This document shows positions 16,428-26,061 of a stretch of 27,943 nt of DNA, in pieces. Source of the DNA: a virus (Duplodnaviria; Caudoviricetes). The notes under the pieces are model-generated. The model did not search any database. It was not told where the DNA came from and saw only the letters and a program-made list of their open reading frames with translations. The stretch lies in the IMG/VR virus record IMGVR_UViG_3300033076_000094, positions 1-27,943 of that record; one strand, written 5' to 3'. The translations under genes were made by a program, and so were the position numbers. Position 1 is the first letter of the stretch. Each line of letters begins with the position of its first letter.

Positions 16428-17143
16428 AGAATCACCACCACCACGGCTACTGCTGTTAGCGCCCTGTCGATTCTGTGATGTTTGAGCAATTCGCGTCGCC
16501 ACTTGGCATCCCTTTGTTCTTTTGCCTTGACAGCTCGTGCAAATTCTTGCGCTTCAACAATCTCGTCATACGTGATCAAGAAGTTCTCGTACATCGACCC
16601 AAGGCCCAAGTCCTTCGGGGTTTGATAAATCATCGCGTCCTTGAGCTGCGCAGCCAGTTGCCGCATCTGCCACTCAATTTCAATCCGATCAATCGCACTG
16701 TCGGCAACCTTCTCTGTCGTCAGAGATTGCTCTTCAAGTTCCCGACAATGTAATTTCAGCTCACGTATCGCTTCGAAGTAGACCTTCAGGTTGTTGCAAA
16801 TCTCATGCACCGCACGCGCTTGAAACTCTTCATAGGTCAGCTCTGGCTCAGGCTCCCGTTTTGTTTTGCGAGTTGGCGCACTAGGTTGGGATACTGCAAC
16901 TTGAACTGGCGCTGCTTGTTGTACTCGTCCCGCATCTTTCTTAGTGCTGGGCTGCAATAAACCCTTGATCCATCCCCACAGTCCTGTGACCTCTTTGTAG
17001 ATTGCTTGAGCATTTTTAATCCCGCCTTCTACCGTGGATTTGAACTTGTCAATTTCAGCCTTCCCGTCACGAAGCATTTCGCACCCGCTGCGTATAGCAG
17101 TGACTGCGCTTTGCGCCATGAGAAGAAGGCTGATTGGATCCAC
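16349..17143 (-). CDS. coiled-coil protein with C-terminal TM anchor
   Basis: 264 aa starting MDPISLL (GTG); helical; ends with hydrophobic AVAVVVVILWMWGIVLSLGWLV. Confidence 0.7.
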   Translation of the reverse strand: MDPISLLLMAQSAVTAIRSGCEMLRDGKAEIDKFKSTVEGGIKNAQAIYKEVTGLWGWIKGLLQPSTKKDAGRVQQAAPVQVAVSQPSAPTRKTKREPEPELTYEEFQARAVHEICNNLKVYFEAIRELKLHCRELEEQSLTTEKVADSAIDRIEIEWQMRQLAAQLKDAMIYQTPKDLGLGSMYENFLITYDEIVEAQEFARAVKAKEQRDAKWRRELLKHHRIDRALTAVAVVVVILWMWGIVLSLGWLVKTRVGLLPQLLS

Positions 17144-17146
17144 ATC

Positions 17147-17344
17147 TTAGAGGCCGAATAGCTTCTTTGCGAACTCAGCCGCCACGCCTGGGCCAAACAA
17201 CTGCACCACGATCACGATGTACAGCAAGTACTCAATCTTCGTCATGCGCTTGTCGCCAGAGGTCAGTTGACCATCGATGCGGCTGTACCGTTCGGCGCAA
17301 ATTGCCTCATGCACTGCCAATTTGGTCTCCGTGCTATCGGACAT
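17147..17344 (-). CDS. small coiled-coil plus TM protein (XhlA/holin-like)
   Basis: GAGG RBS and ATG17344; LAVHEAICAERY..RMTKIE followed by TM YLLYIVIVVQLFG. Confidence 0.65.
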   Translation of the reverse strand: MSDSTETKLAVHEAICAERYSRIDGQLTSGDKRMTKIEYLLYIVIVVQLFGPGVAAEFAKKLFGL

Positions 17345-17351
17345 GCAAGCC

Positions 17352-17507
17352 TCACTCAGTTGGTGGTTGATCAACTGGTGGTTTGGCGGCGCGTGCCACC
17401 TCCGCCTGCAATGCCTGAATCATTTGGAACACCTCTTCGTATGGGCGCTTGCCCAAGTACCCGATGATGCCGTTCAACAGTTGAGCTGAAATTGGAAACG
17501 TTTCCAT
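17352..17507 (-). CDS. small hypothetical protein (51 aa), absent from the ORF track
   Basis: METFPISAQLLNGIIGYLGKRPYEEVFQMIQALQAEVARAAKPPVDQPPTE*. Its ATG immediately follows the upstream TAA, and it fills the gap exactly. Confidence 0.75.
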   Translation of the reverse strand: METFPISAQLLNGIIGYLGKRPYEEVFQMIQALQAEVARAAKPPVDQPPTE

Positions 17508-17990
17508 TTAAGCCCCCAACACTGCGATCAACTCTTCCACGGTAGTGGCGGCATTGATTGCAGTTTCCTTGGCGTTGCATGCAGCCACGGTGTCAGCGCG
17601 CTCGGTGGCGACTTCAGCAGGCAGTTCAATACCACGCTCAAACTTGCGAATCACCATCCAGTCGGTAGCTGCCAGCACGGAGCCTGCAATCGACTTAGCT
17701 TGGCCAACGAACTGAGCTTTGAGGCCGTCCAAATCTTTGGCTGTGCCGCTGTAGCTGGCTTCCACCACGTTGCCAACTTCGTTGACACGGTAGTTGGGGC
17801 CGCTAACCCAATAGAAGCGATCATCGGGGCGTGTGCCTTCGATGATTTCCCATACGCCAGCTTCCAACTTTTCGGATGGGCTGCTGGTGCGCAGGAAATT
17901 GCTGGAATAGTGCTTGTCACCGACGCTGAAGGCAACGTCCATTTGCAAGACTTGACGCACTGCGCCATTTTGTACGACCGCGAAGCTCAT
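17508..17990 (-). CDS. tail fibre assembly/chaperone-like protein
   Basis: Directly follows the fibre genes; C-terminal LAATDWMVIRK..G...P.EV...RA pattern resembles tail assembly chaperones. Confidence 0.6.
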   Translation of the reverse strand: MSFAVVQNGAVRQVLQMDVAFSVGDKHYSSNFLRTSSPSEKLEAGVWEIIEGTRPDDRFYWVSGPNYRVNEVGNVVEASYSGTAKDLDGLKAQFVGQAKSIAGSVLAATDWMVIRKFERGIELPAEVATERADTVAACNAKETAINAATTVEELIAVLGA

Positions 17991-18001
17991 GTGTTTTCTC
18001 C

Positions 18002-20533
18002 TTAACGAGCGTTTGAGTATTTGAAAGGGTTCTCGGCAAAAGCCGCGAAGATGTATGTTGCGCCACTCACGTTGCCGATTGTTGCGCCGCGCATTTTGAA
18101 GCCGTTTGAAAGATAGTCAGCAATGTTATATCCCGTGTCTTCTGCACTGCTTAAATCGGCATACAAGCTGTGATATGCCAAGTTGTATGGGTCACGCGAA
18201 GTATCCACGATTGCCCAATCACTTGTGCTGTCGGTGCGTTTCCACATAATCCAACGTGGCCTAAACCCACAATACACAAACGGGCCGTCAGCCGAGCCGT
18301 TACCTGTGTATGAACCAAACTTGCTGTAGCCAGCAACCTCTGCCCAGCAGTAGGCGACATAGGTGTTGCTCACGGAGCCATTCACGTCATTGCCATTGCC
18401 AACGGTGAAAACAGATGACGTTGGAGATGTGTTGTTCCACCATGCAGCTCCTGCTGTTGCTGCAATCGTTCCATCCAAATACAAGACATTGGTTGCGCCT
18501 GTGCTTTTCGTGTACACAGCCCAATGGTTTGCGTTGTTGCGGCCTTTGACAATGATCATGGAAGGCGCAACACCAAGTCCATGCCCAACAGTCGCACCTG
18601 CAACGGCATTACCTGTGTAAGTCACAATGCTGAAGCCAGCCGTCGTGTTCGCATTCACTTGGCTTGTGATTGTGCCGCTGGTGTTTGCCACAGCAGATCC
18701 GTTGGCTTTCCATTGCCAACCAATGTAGGAATAGCCAGAATAATTTACCTCGTTGCCTGGGGCGACTTGCGTGATAGTGAAGCCGTTGGAAGCAAATGCA
18801 AAGTTTTGATATGCACTGTTAAAGCCTTCAGCGCTGGTTCTGTTGGTGATCAAATCAAGCGCAGCTCCGCCGCCACGAACGCTATCCCAAACGTAATTGT
18901 CGCCAGACAAGTTGCGCATTTTCAGCCACACTAAATCTGGTGCAAACCCATTTGAGTTTGCTACTGTTTGTGTGGTGCCATTACCCGTGTATAGCGTTGC
19001 CGCCATGTACTGCGCACCCAGCTTGATTGTTGGGTCGGGCAGATTGGTGGCGCACAGTGATTTGAACCCTGTTGGGGGTGTGTAGCTGAAAGGACGTTGA
19101 CCGAAGTTGGCGTTCCACGTTTCGGCGTATCCGTTAACAAACACAAACACGCCAGCAGGCAGCGAAGTGAATGTTGGGTTGGTTCCGCCAGATGGATTGC
19201 CTGTTGTGCCGTTGCTTGCGTCATACCATGTGTTGTTTCTGCCCACCCATGCGCGACCATTTGCAGGGTCAACAGCAATTTGAACAACGTCACCCGCAGT
19301 CAGCGTGTAGCCAAGAGAACCAGACACAGAGCCGTTGCGGTTGATGTACGCAAAGTTTGATGAGTACAAGTCCCATGCGCCAGCAGTGTTGTACGATGAT
19401 GCAGAAAGACTGAAGCTGGCTGTAGCAAGGCCAAAAGCAGCAGAGACTGTCGCGGCATTGGTTGTCACACCAACAGTCGCCTCTGCGTACCAAAGACCAC
19501 TATCAGGGATAGCAAATGTGCTACGACATCCGCGTTCCGCTGCGCCCGTTGTTTGTGTCAAGTTGCCGTTGGATAGCGTTGCTTGGTTGTCCAGCGGATT
19601 CAGCGTGGCATAGTTCCCACGAGTCACCGCAGTGGTGTCAGTGGTCGTGCTGTAGCCCACCCAAGGCGTTGGAACGTCCAACATTGAGTCGTAGGTGGTG
19701 CCAGCAGTCAAAGAGATGTTGTTGGCTGTCCAGTTGTTTGCGTTGCCGCTGTAGTCGTAGCCAAGAGTCGTGGTGCTGGTGTTGTCCTTGAAGTTCAAGT
19801 AGAACCCGTTGGTGCCGTATGTGCCTGTGTAGGCCATAGGCACCCAAGCACCCGTGAAGGCATCGGTTGTGCCGAAGCTGGACGGAGTGAGTTGCTGACC
19901 ATCAACAAAATTGATTTCGGTCATGTACCCGTCAAAATAGTTGAAGCCCCATGATGTGCTTTGATACCCAATAGTATGCGCAACTGCGGTGTTCATCAAG
20001 AAAGAAAAATTCTGCGGAATTGCTGTTCCGTATGTTCCCGATATTTGAGAGCCATTGACATACAGCTTCACACGATCTGTGCTAACTGCTTGAGTTGTAT
20101 CAACGGAAACAATTATGTGATACCACGCAGACGGGTCACGATACACGCCGTTTGACGTAATCCAATTGCCACCATACGAGCGTATGGTCAGTTTGTCTGA
20201 CGTGTCAAAGTTAAGGCACAGCGTGTAGTCGTTGAGGGTGTTGCCGCTCATAAACAGCACTGGATACCCGCTAGTTAAGGTGCCTCGCTTAACCCATCCA
20301 GACCATGTGAACTTCTGGCTGTTTCCAGCAACAGAAGGGGTACGGTTGTAGTAGGCGCTTGCTGAAGCGCGAAAGCGGCTTGAGCGGCTGATAGGGTCAG
20401 GCACTCCAGCCACGGGCCAAGCGTTGTTGCGAATGGCCGCAGCTTGCTCGTTGAGCTTCCACACCCCAGAGGCCGACTGCTGAGTCGGCGTAAGTGGTGT
20501 TTTGCGGATCAGTTTTCCTGAGTATTGGGTCAT
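18002..20533 (-). CDS. receptor-binding/tail-fibre protein with concanavalin A-like (LamG) and SPRY-like domains
   Basis: FTWSGWVKRG...RDPSAWYHIIVSVDTT...KLYVNG (LamG); GLWYAE...GDVVQIAVD...NFGQRPF (SPRY-like); repeated YTGNG C-terminal module. Confidence 0.75.
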   Translation of the reverse strand: MTQYSGKLIRKTPLTPTQQSASGVWKLNEQAAAIRNNAWPVAGVPDPISRSSRFRASASAYYNRTPSVAGNSQKFTWSGWVKRGTLTSGYPVLFMSGNTLNDYTLCLNFDTSDKLTIRSYGGNWITSNGVYRDPSAWYHIIVSVDTTQAVSTDRVKLYVNGSQISGTYGTAIPQNFSFLMNTAVAHTIGYQSTSWGFNYFDGYMTEINFVDGQQLTPSSFGTTDAFTGAWVPMAYTGTYGTNGFYLNFKDNTSTTTLGYDYSGNANNWTANNISLTAGTTYDSMLDVPTPWVGYSTTTDTTAVTRGNYATLNPLDNQATLSNGNLTQTTGAAERGCRSTFAIPDSGLWYAEATVGVTTNAATVSAAFGLATASFSLSASSYNTAGAWDLYSSNFAYINRNGSVSGSLGYTLTAGDVVQIAVDPANGRAWVGRNNTWYDASNGTTGNPSGGTNPTFTSLPAGVFVFVNGYAETWNANFGQRPFSYTPPTGFKSLCATNLPDPTIKLGAQYMAATLYTGNGTTQTVANSNGFAPDLVWLKMRNLSGDNYVWDSVRGGGAALDLITNRTSAEGFNSAYQNFAFASNGFTITQVAPGNEVNYSGYSYIGWQWKANGSAVANTSGTITSQVNANTTAGFSIVTYTGNAVAGATVGHGLGVAPSMIIVKGRNNANHWAVYTKSTGATNVLYLDGTIAATAGAAWWNNTSPTSSVFTVGNGNDVNGSVSNTYVAYCWAEVAGYSKFGSYTGNGSADGPFVYCGFRPRWIMWKRTDSTSDWAIVDTSRDPYNLAYHSLYADLSSAEDTGYNIADYLSNGFKMRGATIGNVSGATYIFAAFAENPFKYSNAR

Positions 20534-20542
20534 CTCTTGTCC

Positions 20543-23104
20543 TTAACGTGCGCGAGAGATTTGGAATGGGTTTTCGGCAAAGCAGGCGTAGATGTAGGTG
20601 GCTCCGTTGATGTTGGTCGAGTTGCCTCCCGCATTTCTTGCTTTAAAACCGTTCGACAAAATATCAATTTCATAATTTGGCGTGAACGACGATTCGGCAG
20701 ATGACAAGTTTGCCGCAAGAGGAAATGTGCATACGTTGTATGTCATTCGACTTGTGTCATACATCACCCAATCGTAGTATGCACCACCAGTAGACGAGCA
20801 TTTAATCAACACAAACCGTGGCCTAAACCCGCAGTACACAAACGGCCCATCAGCAGACCCGTTGCCTGTGTATGAGCCAAACTTTGAGTAGCCAGCGACT
20901 TCTGACCAGCAGTAGGCGACGTAAGTTGTGCCATTCTGGTTAATGGTGGCTTGCGTGCCAACACTAAACACAGAAGAAGTTGGTGGCGTGTTATTCCAAA
21001 AATCCAAAGCGCCAGCATAGCCTTTGGCTCCAGTTGTGTTGAGAGTCACGTAATCTGTACTAGATGCTGTGCCGCCAAACGCCGACGTCCATACGCCCCA
21101 AGCGGTCCCAGCTAATGATCTACTTTTAACAATCAAAAACTTCGGCGCAACACCCAAGCCATGGCCAACCGTTGCCGCAGAGGCTGACCCTGTGTATGTC
21201 ACTACACTAAATCCAGCCGTAGCATTCACGCTCACTGTGCTGGTGATAGAGCCATTGGTGTTGGATGATGTTGTGTTTCCAGCTTTCCATTGCCATGCAA
21301 CCATAGTTGCACCGTTGTAATTGCTTTCTGACGAATAGGCGTTACTAACGGTAAAGCCTGTTGAGGTAAATGATTGACCAGTCCAGTTGGTGTTTTGTGC
21401 CGCCGTGGAGTCAGAGTTAAGGCCAGAATTTGCCCCACGAATTGCGTCAAACAACACATGAGAAGCAACTGCGCTTCTGGTTTTGTGCCACGTTAAATCA
21501 GGTTGAAAGACGCCGTTACTAACGGTTTGACTTCCACTGTTGCCTGTGTAAGTCACAGCCGCCATGTACTGAGCACCATTGTTGATGTTCACCGATGGCA
21601 GGTTCTGCGTGTTCAGCGCCTTGAAGCCTGTGGGTGGCGTGTATGCGAAGGGGCGTTGACCGAAGTTGGCATTTAAAACACTGTTTGTGGTTGTGTTTCT
21701 AATTGCTTGAGCAAAAGGTGCAATTGTTGCAGGCAGACTAGAAAATGTATTTCCAGTTCCAGCAGAAGGACTGCCAACCCATGTGCCGTTTTTACCAATC
21801 CACCCTTTACCAGTAGACGCATCAACAGCAATCATTGCAACATCACCAGCAGCAAAAGCACCTAATCCTGATGCCGTAACAGTACCGCCGTTAGCTCGGT
21901 AATTTCCATCGTCAGAAATCCACCACGTGTTTGCTAGGCCGCGAGTTGAGCCACTTAACCCGCTAATGACCACGGAGGCATCTTGGATACCCGCACACAA
22001 ATAGCCAGACCCGCTAGTAAGTGTTGTAAAGGTTTCTTCCCAATAAAACTGTCCAGACGATACCCCGATTGAACCAGCAAGTTGCGCACCAGTGCTATCG
22101 ACAGAAGGTGATGTTAAGGTCAAGTTGGCATTGGTCACAGTACCAGTTCCGCTGCCAGCCAATGTCAGAGGATTCAAAACAGCATAATTCCCACGCCCAG
22201 TCCCACCGTTGTCGGAGTTCGTTGGGGTGTCCAACATCCAGTCGTAGGTAACACCAGCCGTTACCGAGATGTTGTTCGGTGTCCAGTTGTTACCGTTGCC
22301 TGAGTAGTCCTTGCCGAGCGTGGTCGCAGTAGCGCCACTGTTGTCAGCAAAGGTCAGGTAGAAGCCGTTCGTACCGTAGGTGCCACGGTAGCTCAGTGGT
22401 TGCCAAATGCCGTTGCCGTCAAACGCGCCGAAGCTAGATGGTGTCAGGGCTTGGCCGTCGATGACGTTAAACTCAGCAAAGTATCCGTCATAAAAGTTTG
22501 ATGGGATGTTGTACGCACCAACGCAAGCAGTCCATGTGCCAGAGTTAGGACACAAAAACCCAAGATTTCCTGAGTTCTGTGCCATGTAAGTTGCTGTACT
22601 GAAAGCGGTGATTTGCGCCCCGTTGACGTACATTTTTAGTCTGTTGGATGCGGTCGCTTGTGTCGTGTCCACAGCAACAACAATGTGATACCAAGCAGAC
22701 GGATCACGAAAAACTTGCGTAGTGGTGAGTTGGCAAGTCAATGAACCAGATGCGTAATTCTGAGCGTTTAAGGTGTTGTCAGACCCAAAATAAATTGCCC
22801 AAAAATTTGACCCGTCAAATCTGTTGGACAACAAAATTACAGAAGAGCCAAGCGCGCCACGCTTAGTCCAGAATGAATATGTTTTGATGTAAGCCGTATC
22901 AGCAGGGCTAGAGCCTCCAGTGTAAGACCGTAGGAAATAAGCAGACGCACTAGAACGCAGACGGACAGAGCTACCAATCACTTGTGGCGTGATTGATGAC
23001 GAGTATTGGAAGTCCTGCTCAAGCGTCCACACGCCCGATGCCGACGACAAAGTTGGCAAGGTAGGGTTGGCGGTAATGACGCCGCCGAGGTAACGCTGAG
23101 ACAT
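20543..23104 (-). CDS. receptor-binding/tail-fibre protein, tandem paralog of 18002-20533
   Basis: Same architecture, with near-identical blocks such as RDPSAWYHI, GTYGTNGFYL, ANFGQRPF.YTPPTGFK and GYSKFGSYTGNGSADGPFVYCGFRPR. Confidence 0.75.
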   Translation of the reverse strand: MSQRYLGGVITANPTLPTLSSASGVWTLEQDFQYSSSITPQVIGSSVRLRSSASAYFLRSYTGGSSPADTAYIKTYSFWTKRGALGSSVILLSNRFDGSNFWAIYFGSDNTLNAQNYASGSLTCQLTTTQVFRDPSAWYHIVVAVDTTQATASNRLKMYVNGAQITAFSTATYMAQNSGNLGFLCPNSGTWTACVGAYNIPSNFYDGYFAEFNVIDGQALTPSSFGAFDGNGIWQPLSYRGTYGTNGFYLTFADNSGATATTLGKDYSGNGNNWTPNNISVTAGVTYDWMLDTPTNSDNGGTGRGNYAVLNPLTLAGSGTGTVTNANLTLTSPSVDSTGAQLAGSIGVSSGQFYWEETFTTLTSGSGYLCAGIQDASVVISGLSGSTRGLANTWWISDDGNYRANGGTVTASGLGAFAAGDVAMIAVDASTGKGWIGKNGTWVGSPSAGTGNTFSSLPATIAPFAQAIRNTTTNSVLNANFGQRPFAYTPPTGFKALNTQNLPSVNINNGAQYMAAVTYTGNSGSQTVSNGVFQPDLTWHKTRSAVASHVLFDAIRGANSGLNSDSTAAQNTNWTGQSFTSTGFTVSNAYSSESNYNGATMVAWQWKAGNTTSSNTNGSITSTVSVNATAGFSVVTYTGSASAATVGHGLGVAPKFLIVKSRSLAGTAWGVWTSAFGGTASSTDYVTLNTTGAKGYAGALDFWNNTPPTSSVFSVGTQATINQNGTTYVAYCWSEVAGYSKFGSYTGNGSADGPFVYCGFRPRFVLIKCSSTGGAYYDWVMYDTSRMTYNVCTFPLAANLSSAESSFTPNYEIDILSNGFKARNAGGNSTNINGATYIYACFAENPFQISRAR

Positions 23105-23116
23105 GCTTCAATCCTC

Positions 23117-23494
23117 TTAGCTGTTGATTTCTTCCCAAGACGCAGTCACGGTCAAGTAGTTGGCTGTACCAGCGGTTGCACCGATGGACTGGTTTTCCAA
23201 CAAATAGAACGTGGTGGTCTTGTCAGTGACAACAAGTGTAGCGTTTGCGGGGACCGAGATGGTCGATGCAATGGGGTACGCAGTGCCACCCAAGGCAGCC
23301 TGAGAGTAGATGTTGATCGTGATGTTGGCCGCAGTGGTGCCGTTGGTGTTCGCAACCACGATTGAGTTGATTTTGTACACCTTGCCGCTTGCAGCAGCGT
23401 TGCTTGCCACCGACGTCGCGGACGTGGTACTCAGCGCGGTTTGCGACGAGTTGCCGTAGATGGTCGTGACGTTGACGATGTTTGGATTTGCCAT
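23117..23494 (-). CDS. small beta-rich virion (tail) protein
   Basis: 125 aa, Thr/Ala/Ser-rich (MANPNIVNVTTIYG...ISVPANATLVV...YLLE); within the tail cluster. Confidence 0.65.
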   Translation of the reverse strand: MANPNIVNVTTIYGNSSQTALSTTSATSVASNAAASGKVYKINSIVVANTNGTTAANITINIYSQAALGGTAYPIASTISVPANATLVVTDKTTTFYLLENQSIGATAGTANYLTVTASWEEINS

Positions 23495-23497
23495 TTT

Positions 23498-24148
23498 TTA
23501 ACCTCCGAAGATCATTGCCATGGCAATGGATTTGCCAGTTGAGATACCTGTGCTTGCGGCCCAAGTTGGAACACCGCCAGCCAACGTCAGGACGTATCCG
23601 TTCGTGCCTGCGGCAAGGAAAGTTGTCGCACCAGACGACGATTGGTATGGCACCGAGCCAGCCGCGCCGCCTGCCAAGTTGGTTGCTGTGCCCACGGTGA
23701 TGGACGAGCCTGCGGACCACTGAGGCGCAGTGCCGCTGGATGTCATCACGTAGCCGCTGGCGCCAATGCCGAGCTTGCTCAGAGTGGTGGTGCCAGATGC
23801 GTAGACAACGTCACCTGCGGTGTAGCTGGACAAGCCAGTACCGCCGTTGCCAGCCACCAAGGTGCCAGCCAAGGTGATGGTGCCAGACGTGGTCACAGGG
23901 CCGCCAGAGGTCGTCAAACCTGTGGTGCCACCCGACACATCAACACTGGTCACAGAGCCTGATGCGCCTGCTTTGGAGGCCAACAGCTGCACAGTGCCAC
24001 CGCTGTCTTTGTAGTACAGCTTGCCGTCTGCGTAGTTCAGCGCCAGCTCTGCGCCCGAAGAGGAGCTGATCAGATTCGACGCAGAGGGCACATTGGTCGC
24101 AGTGCCGCTGGCGTAGATGAGGATTGGGGTGTAGCCTGTTTGTGCCAT
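23498..24148 (-). CDS. short tail-fibre protein
   Basis: N-terminal ELALNYADGKLYYK motif (Mtd-N/hyaluronidase-like anchor); Gly/Thr/Ser fibre repeats; ends KSIAMAMIFGG. Confidence 0.7.
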   Translation of the reverse strand: MAQTGYTPILIYASGTATNVPSASNLISSSSGAELALNYADGKLYYKDSGGTVQLLASKAGASGSVTSVDVSGGTTGLTTSGGPVTTSGTITLAGTLVAGNGGTGLSSYTAGDVVYASGTTTLSKLGIGASGYVMTSSGTAPQWSAGSSITVGTATNLAGGAAGSVPYQSSSGATTFLAAGTNGYVLTLAGGVPTWAASTGISTGKSIAMAMIFGG

Positions 24149-26061
24149 TAGAAGGAGCCTCCAGAGATGCCAGCCGTAATTTTGCCAGTAGATGGGTTGA
24201 TTGTGGGACCAGATGCCACTTGCAATGGGTAGTTTGCAGATGACGAGCCTGTGATCAACGGGATGTAAAAGTCAGAGTTCGATGAGGTTGCAGTCACGCC
24301 CACGTTGACGGCATTTGTCGCGGTACCCACGGTCAAGCCAGATGGTGCGCTCCACTGCGGGGCTGTGCCGCTGGACGTCATGATGTACGACGACAAGCCA
24401 ATGGCCAACAATGATGTCGCACCCACGCCTGACTGGTAAGGCATTGAACCTGCCAAGCCACCTGCCAAGTTGGTCGAGGTGGTCGCAGTGGAAGCGTTTC
24501 CACTGATGCTGATCCCCCAAGTGCCCGTGGCATTCGTGCCAGATGTCGAAGGTGCGCCCACGTCGGTGTACGAAAGCACCACGGTGCCTGTGTAGCCGTT
24601 GACCGATGTCACCGATTCGGTGTTATCGACCTTTTGCCATGCGGTGCCATTGAACACCGCCCAATCGCCCACCAACCAGTCGGTGATGCCGTCCAAATTG
24701 GTGGAGCCTGCCACGTTCACGACGTAGTAGTAGCCCTTGGTGCCCACGCCGGAAGCCAGTGCGGGGCTGTTGGTCGAGGCATTCCATGTGCCTTGATAAC
24801 TCAAAGCGCCCAAGATAGACGCAGGCAATTGCGACAACGGCACAGTGCCGCCGCCATCAAGTGTGGCCACACCTCCAGCCAAGCCCTTGTCCGTCAGCGC
24901 GGACGATGGGATCGAGATGCTGGTGTTGGTCACCGAAGTGATTTGGCCCTGCGCGTTGACCGCGAACACGGGCACAACGGATGCGGAGCCGTAAGTGCCA
25001 CCAGTAACACCCGTATTTGCGATGGCAACGGTCACGGCTGTTGAGCCGTTGTAGCTAGTGCCACTCAAGCCTGTGCCAATGGTCAGCGCCTGCGATGCCG
25101 TGGCCGTCACAGTGACGGAGCCACCCAGCGACACGGACGAGCCGTTGATCGTGATCGACGAGTTGGTCAGGCTGGCGTTGCCAATGTTGGTCAGCGAGTT
25201 GTCAGAACCGCTGATGACCTTGTTGGTCAAGGTTTGGCTGCCACTCCAAGTGACCACCACGTCGGTGTCCACGGAAATAGTTCCAGTCGATGTGATGGGG
25301 CCGCCAGTCAATCCGAGGCCAGTTTCAATCGACGTGACGCCTGAGCCTGTGGTGATCGAGCCCCACACGTTGTTTGCGAAGCCTTCGAACGTGCCAGTCT
25401 GCGAGTTGTAGCGCAAGGTGCCGTTGCTGGGGCTGCCGCCGCGCTCGGAGGTGTTGCCGATGGGCAGCACGATGCCCTCAGCGCCTGGCAGTGTCGCATT
25501 GTCCACAATCGCCAGCGTTGGGTTGCCGTTGCCGTTGCCATTGGCCACGCTGATTTGGTTGGCGGTGCCCAAGATCTGCACACCACCCACGGTGGAACCA
25601 TTGCGCACAGCCATCAGGCCAGTGCCACTCAGGTTGGCCACAGCTGCGGCAACGCCTGTCAGGGCAAATGTTGGGTTGCCTGCCACGCCGTCGCCGTCAA
25701 CAACTTCCAAGCCAGCGCCATCGACCACCAAAGAACGGGCCGTGACGGCATTGGAAGCTGTCTTGGCCACGATACCATTGCCAGCCACTTCAAGGCTGCC
25801 AGAAGCGCCATTCAGCACGATCTGGAGAGTGGATTGAGCGCCGCCGTCAGTCAGGCCCACACCCGTGCCACCAGCCAAGCGTCGGCTGTTGGGCAAAGTG
25901 GGCTCTTGGTTGAGCGTCAGGAAGGTTTGAGTCTGGCTTGGTGAAGCTGCAATCGCGCCCGTGGTCGTTTGAACGGTCACACCGTTTTGCACGATGGGAA
26001 CCAGCTCATCCCCAGTGATTGCGCCAGCGGTAGGTAATTGGGTGATGGTTACGTTGGCCAT
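24148..26061 (-). CDS. tail-fibre protein
   Basis: Fibre modules GVTGGTYGS..VPVFAVNAQGQITS, GGVATLDGGGTVP.SQLP, YQGTWNASTN and WQKVDNTESVTSVNGYTG. Confidence 0.75.
   Translation of the reverse strand: MANVTITQLPTAGAITGDELVPIVQNGVTVQTTTGAIAASPSQTQTFLTLNQEPTLPNSRRLAGGTGVGLTDGGAQSTLQIVLNGASGSLEVAGNGIVAKTASNAVTARSLVVDGAGLEVVDGDGVAGNPTFALTGVAAAVANLSGTGLMAVRNGSTVGGVQILGTANQISVANGNGNGNPTLAIVDNATLPGAEGIVLPIGNTSERGGSPSNGTLRYNSQTGTFEGFANNVWGSITTGSGVTSIETGLGLTGGPITSTGTISVDTDVVVTWSGSQTLTNKVISGSDNSLTNIGNASLTNSSITINGSSVSLGGSVTVTATASQALTIGTGLSGTSYNGSTAVTVAIANTGVTGGTYGSASVVPVFAVNAQGQITSVTNTSISIPSSALTDKGLAGGVATLDGGGTVPLSQLPASILGALSYQGTWNASTNSPALASGVGTKGYYYVVNVAGSTNLDGITDWLVGDWAVFNGTAWQKVDNTESVTSVNGYTGTVVLSYTDVGAPSTSGTNATGTWGISISGNASTATTSTNLAGGLAGSMPYQSGVGATSLLAIGLSSYIMTSSGTAPQWSAPSGLTVGTATNAVNVGVTATSSNSDFYIPLITGSSSANYPLQVASGPTINPSTGKITAGISGGSF

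Noticed and set aside
18002-23104. Possible diversity-generating retroelement target/template repeats
   Set aside because: Differences between the paralogs are largely synonymous and not adenine-specific, and there is no reverse transcriptase in the window.
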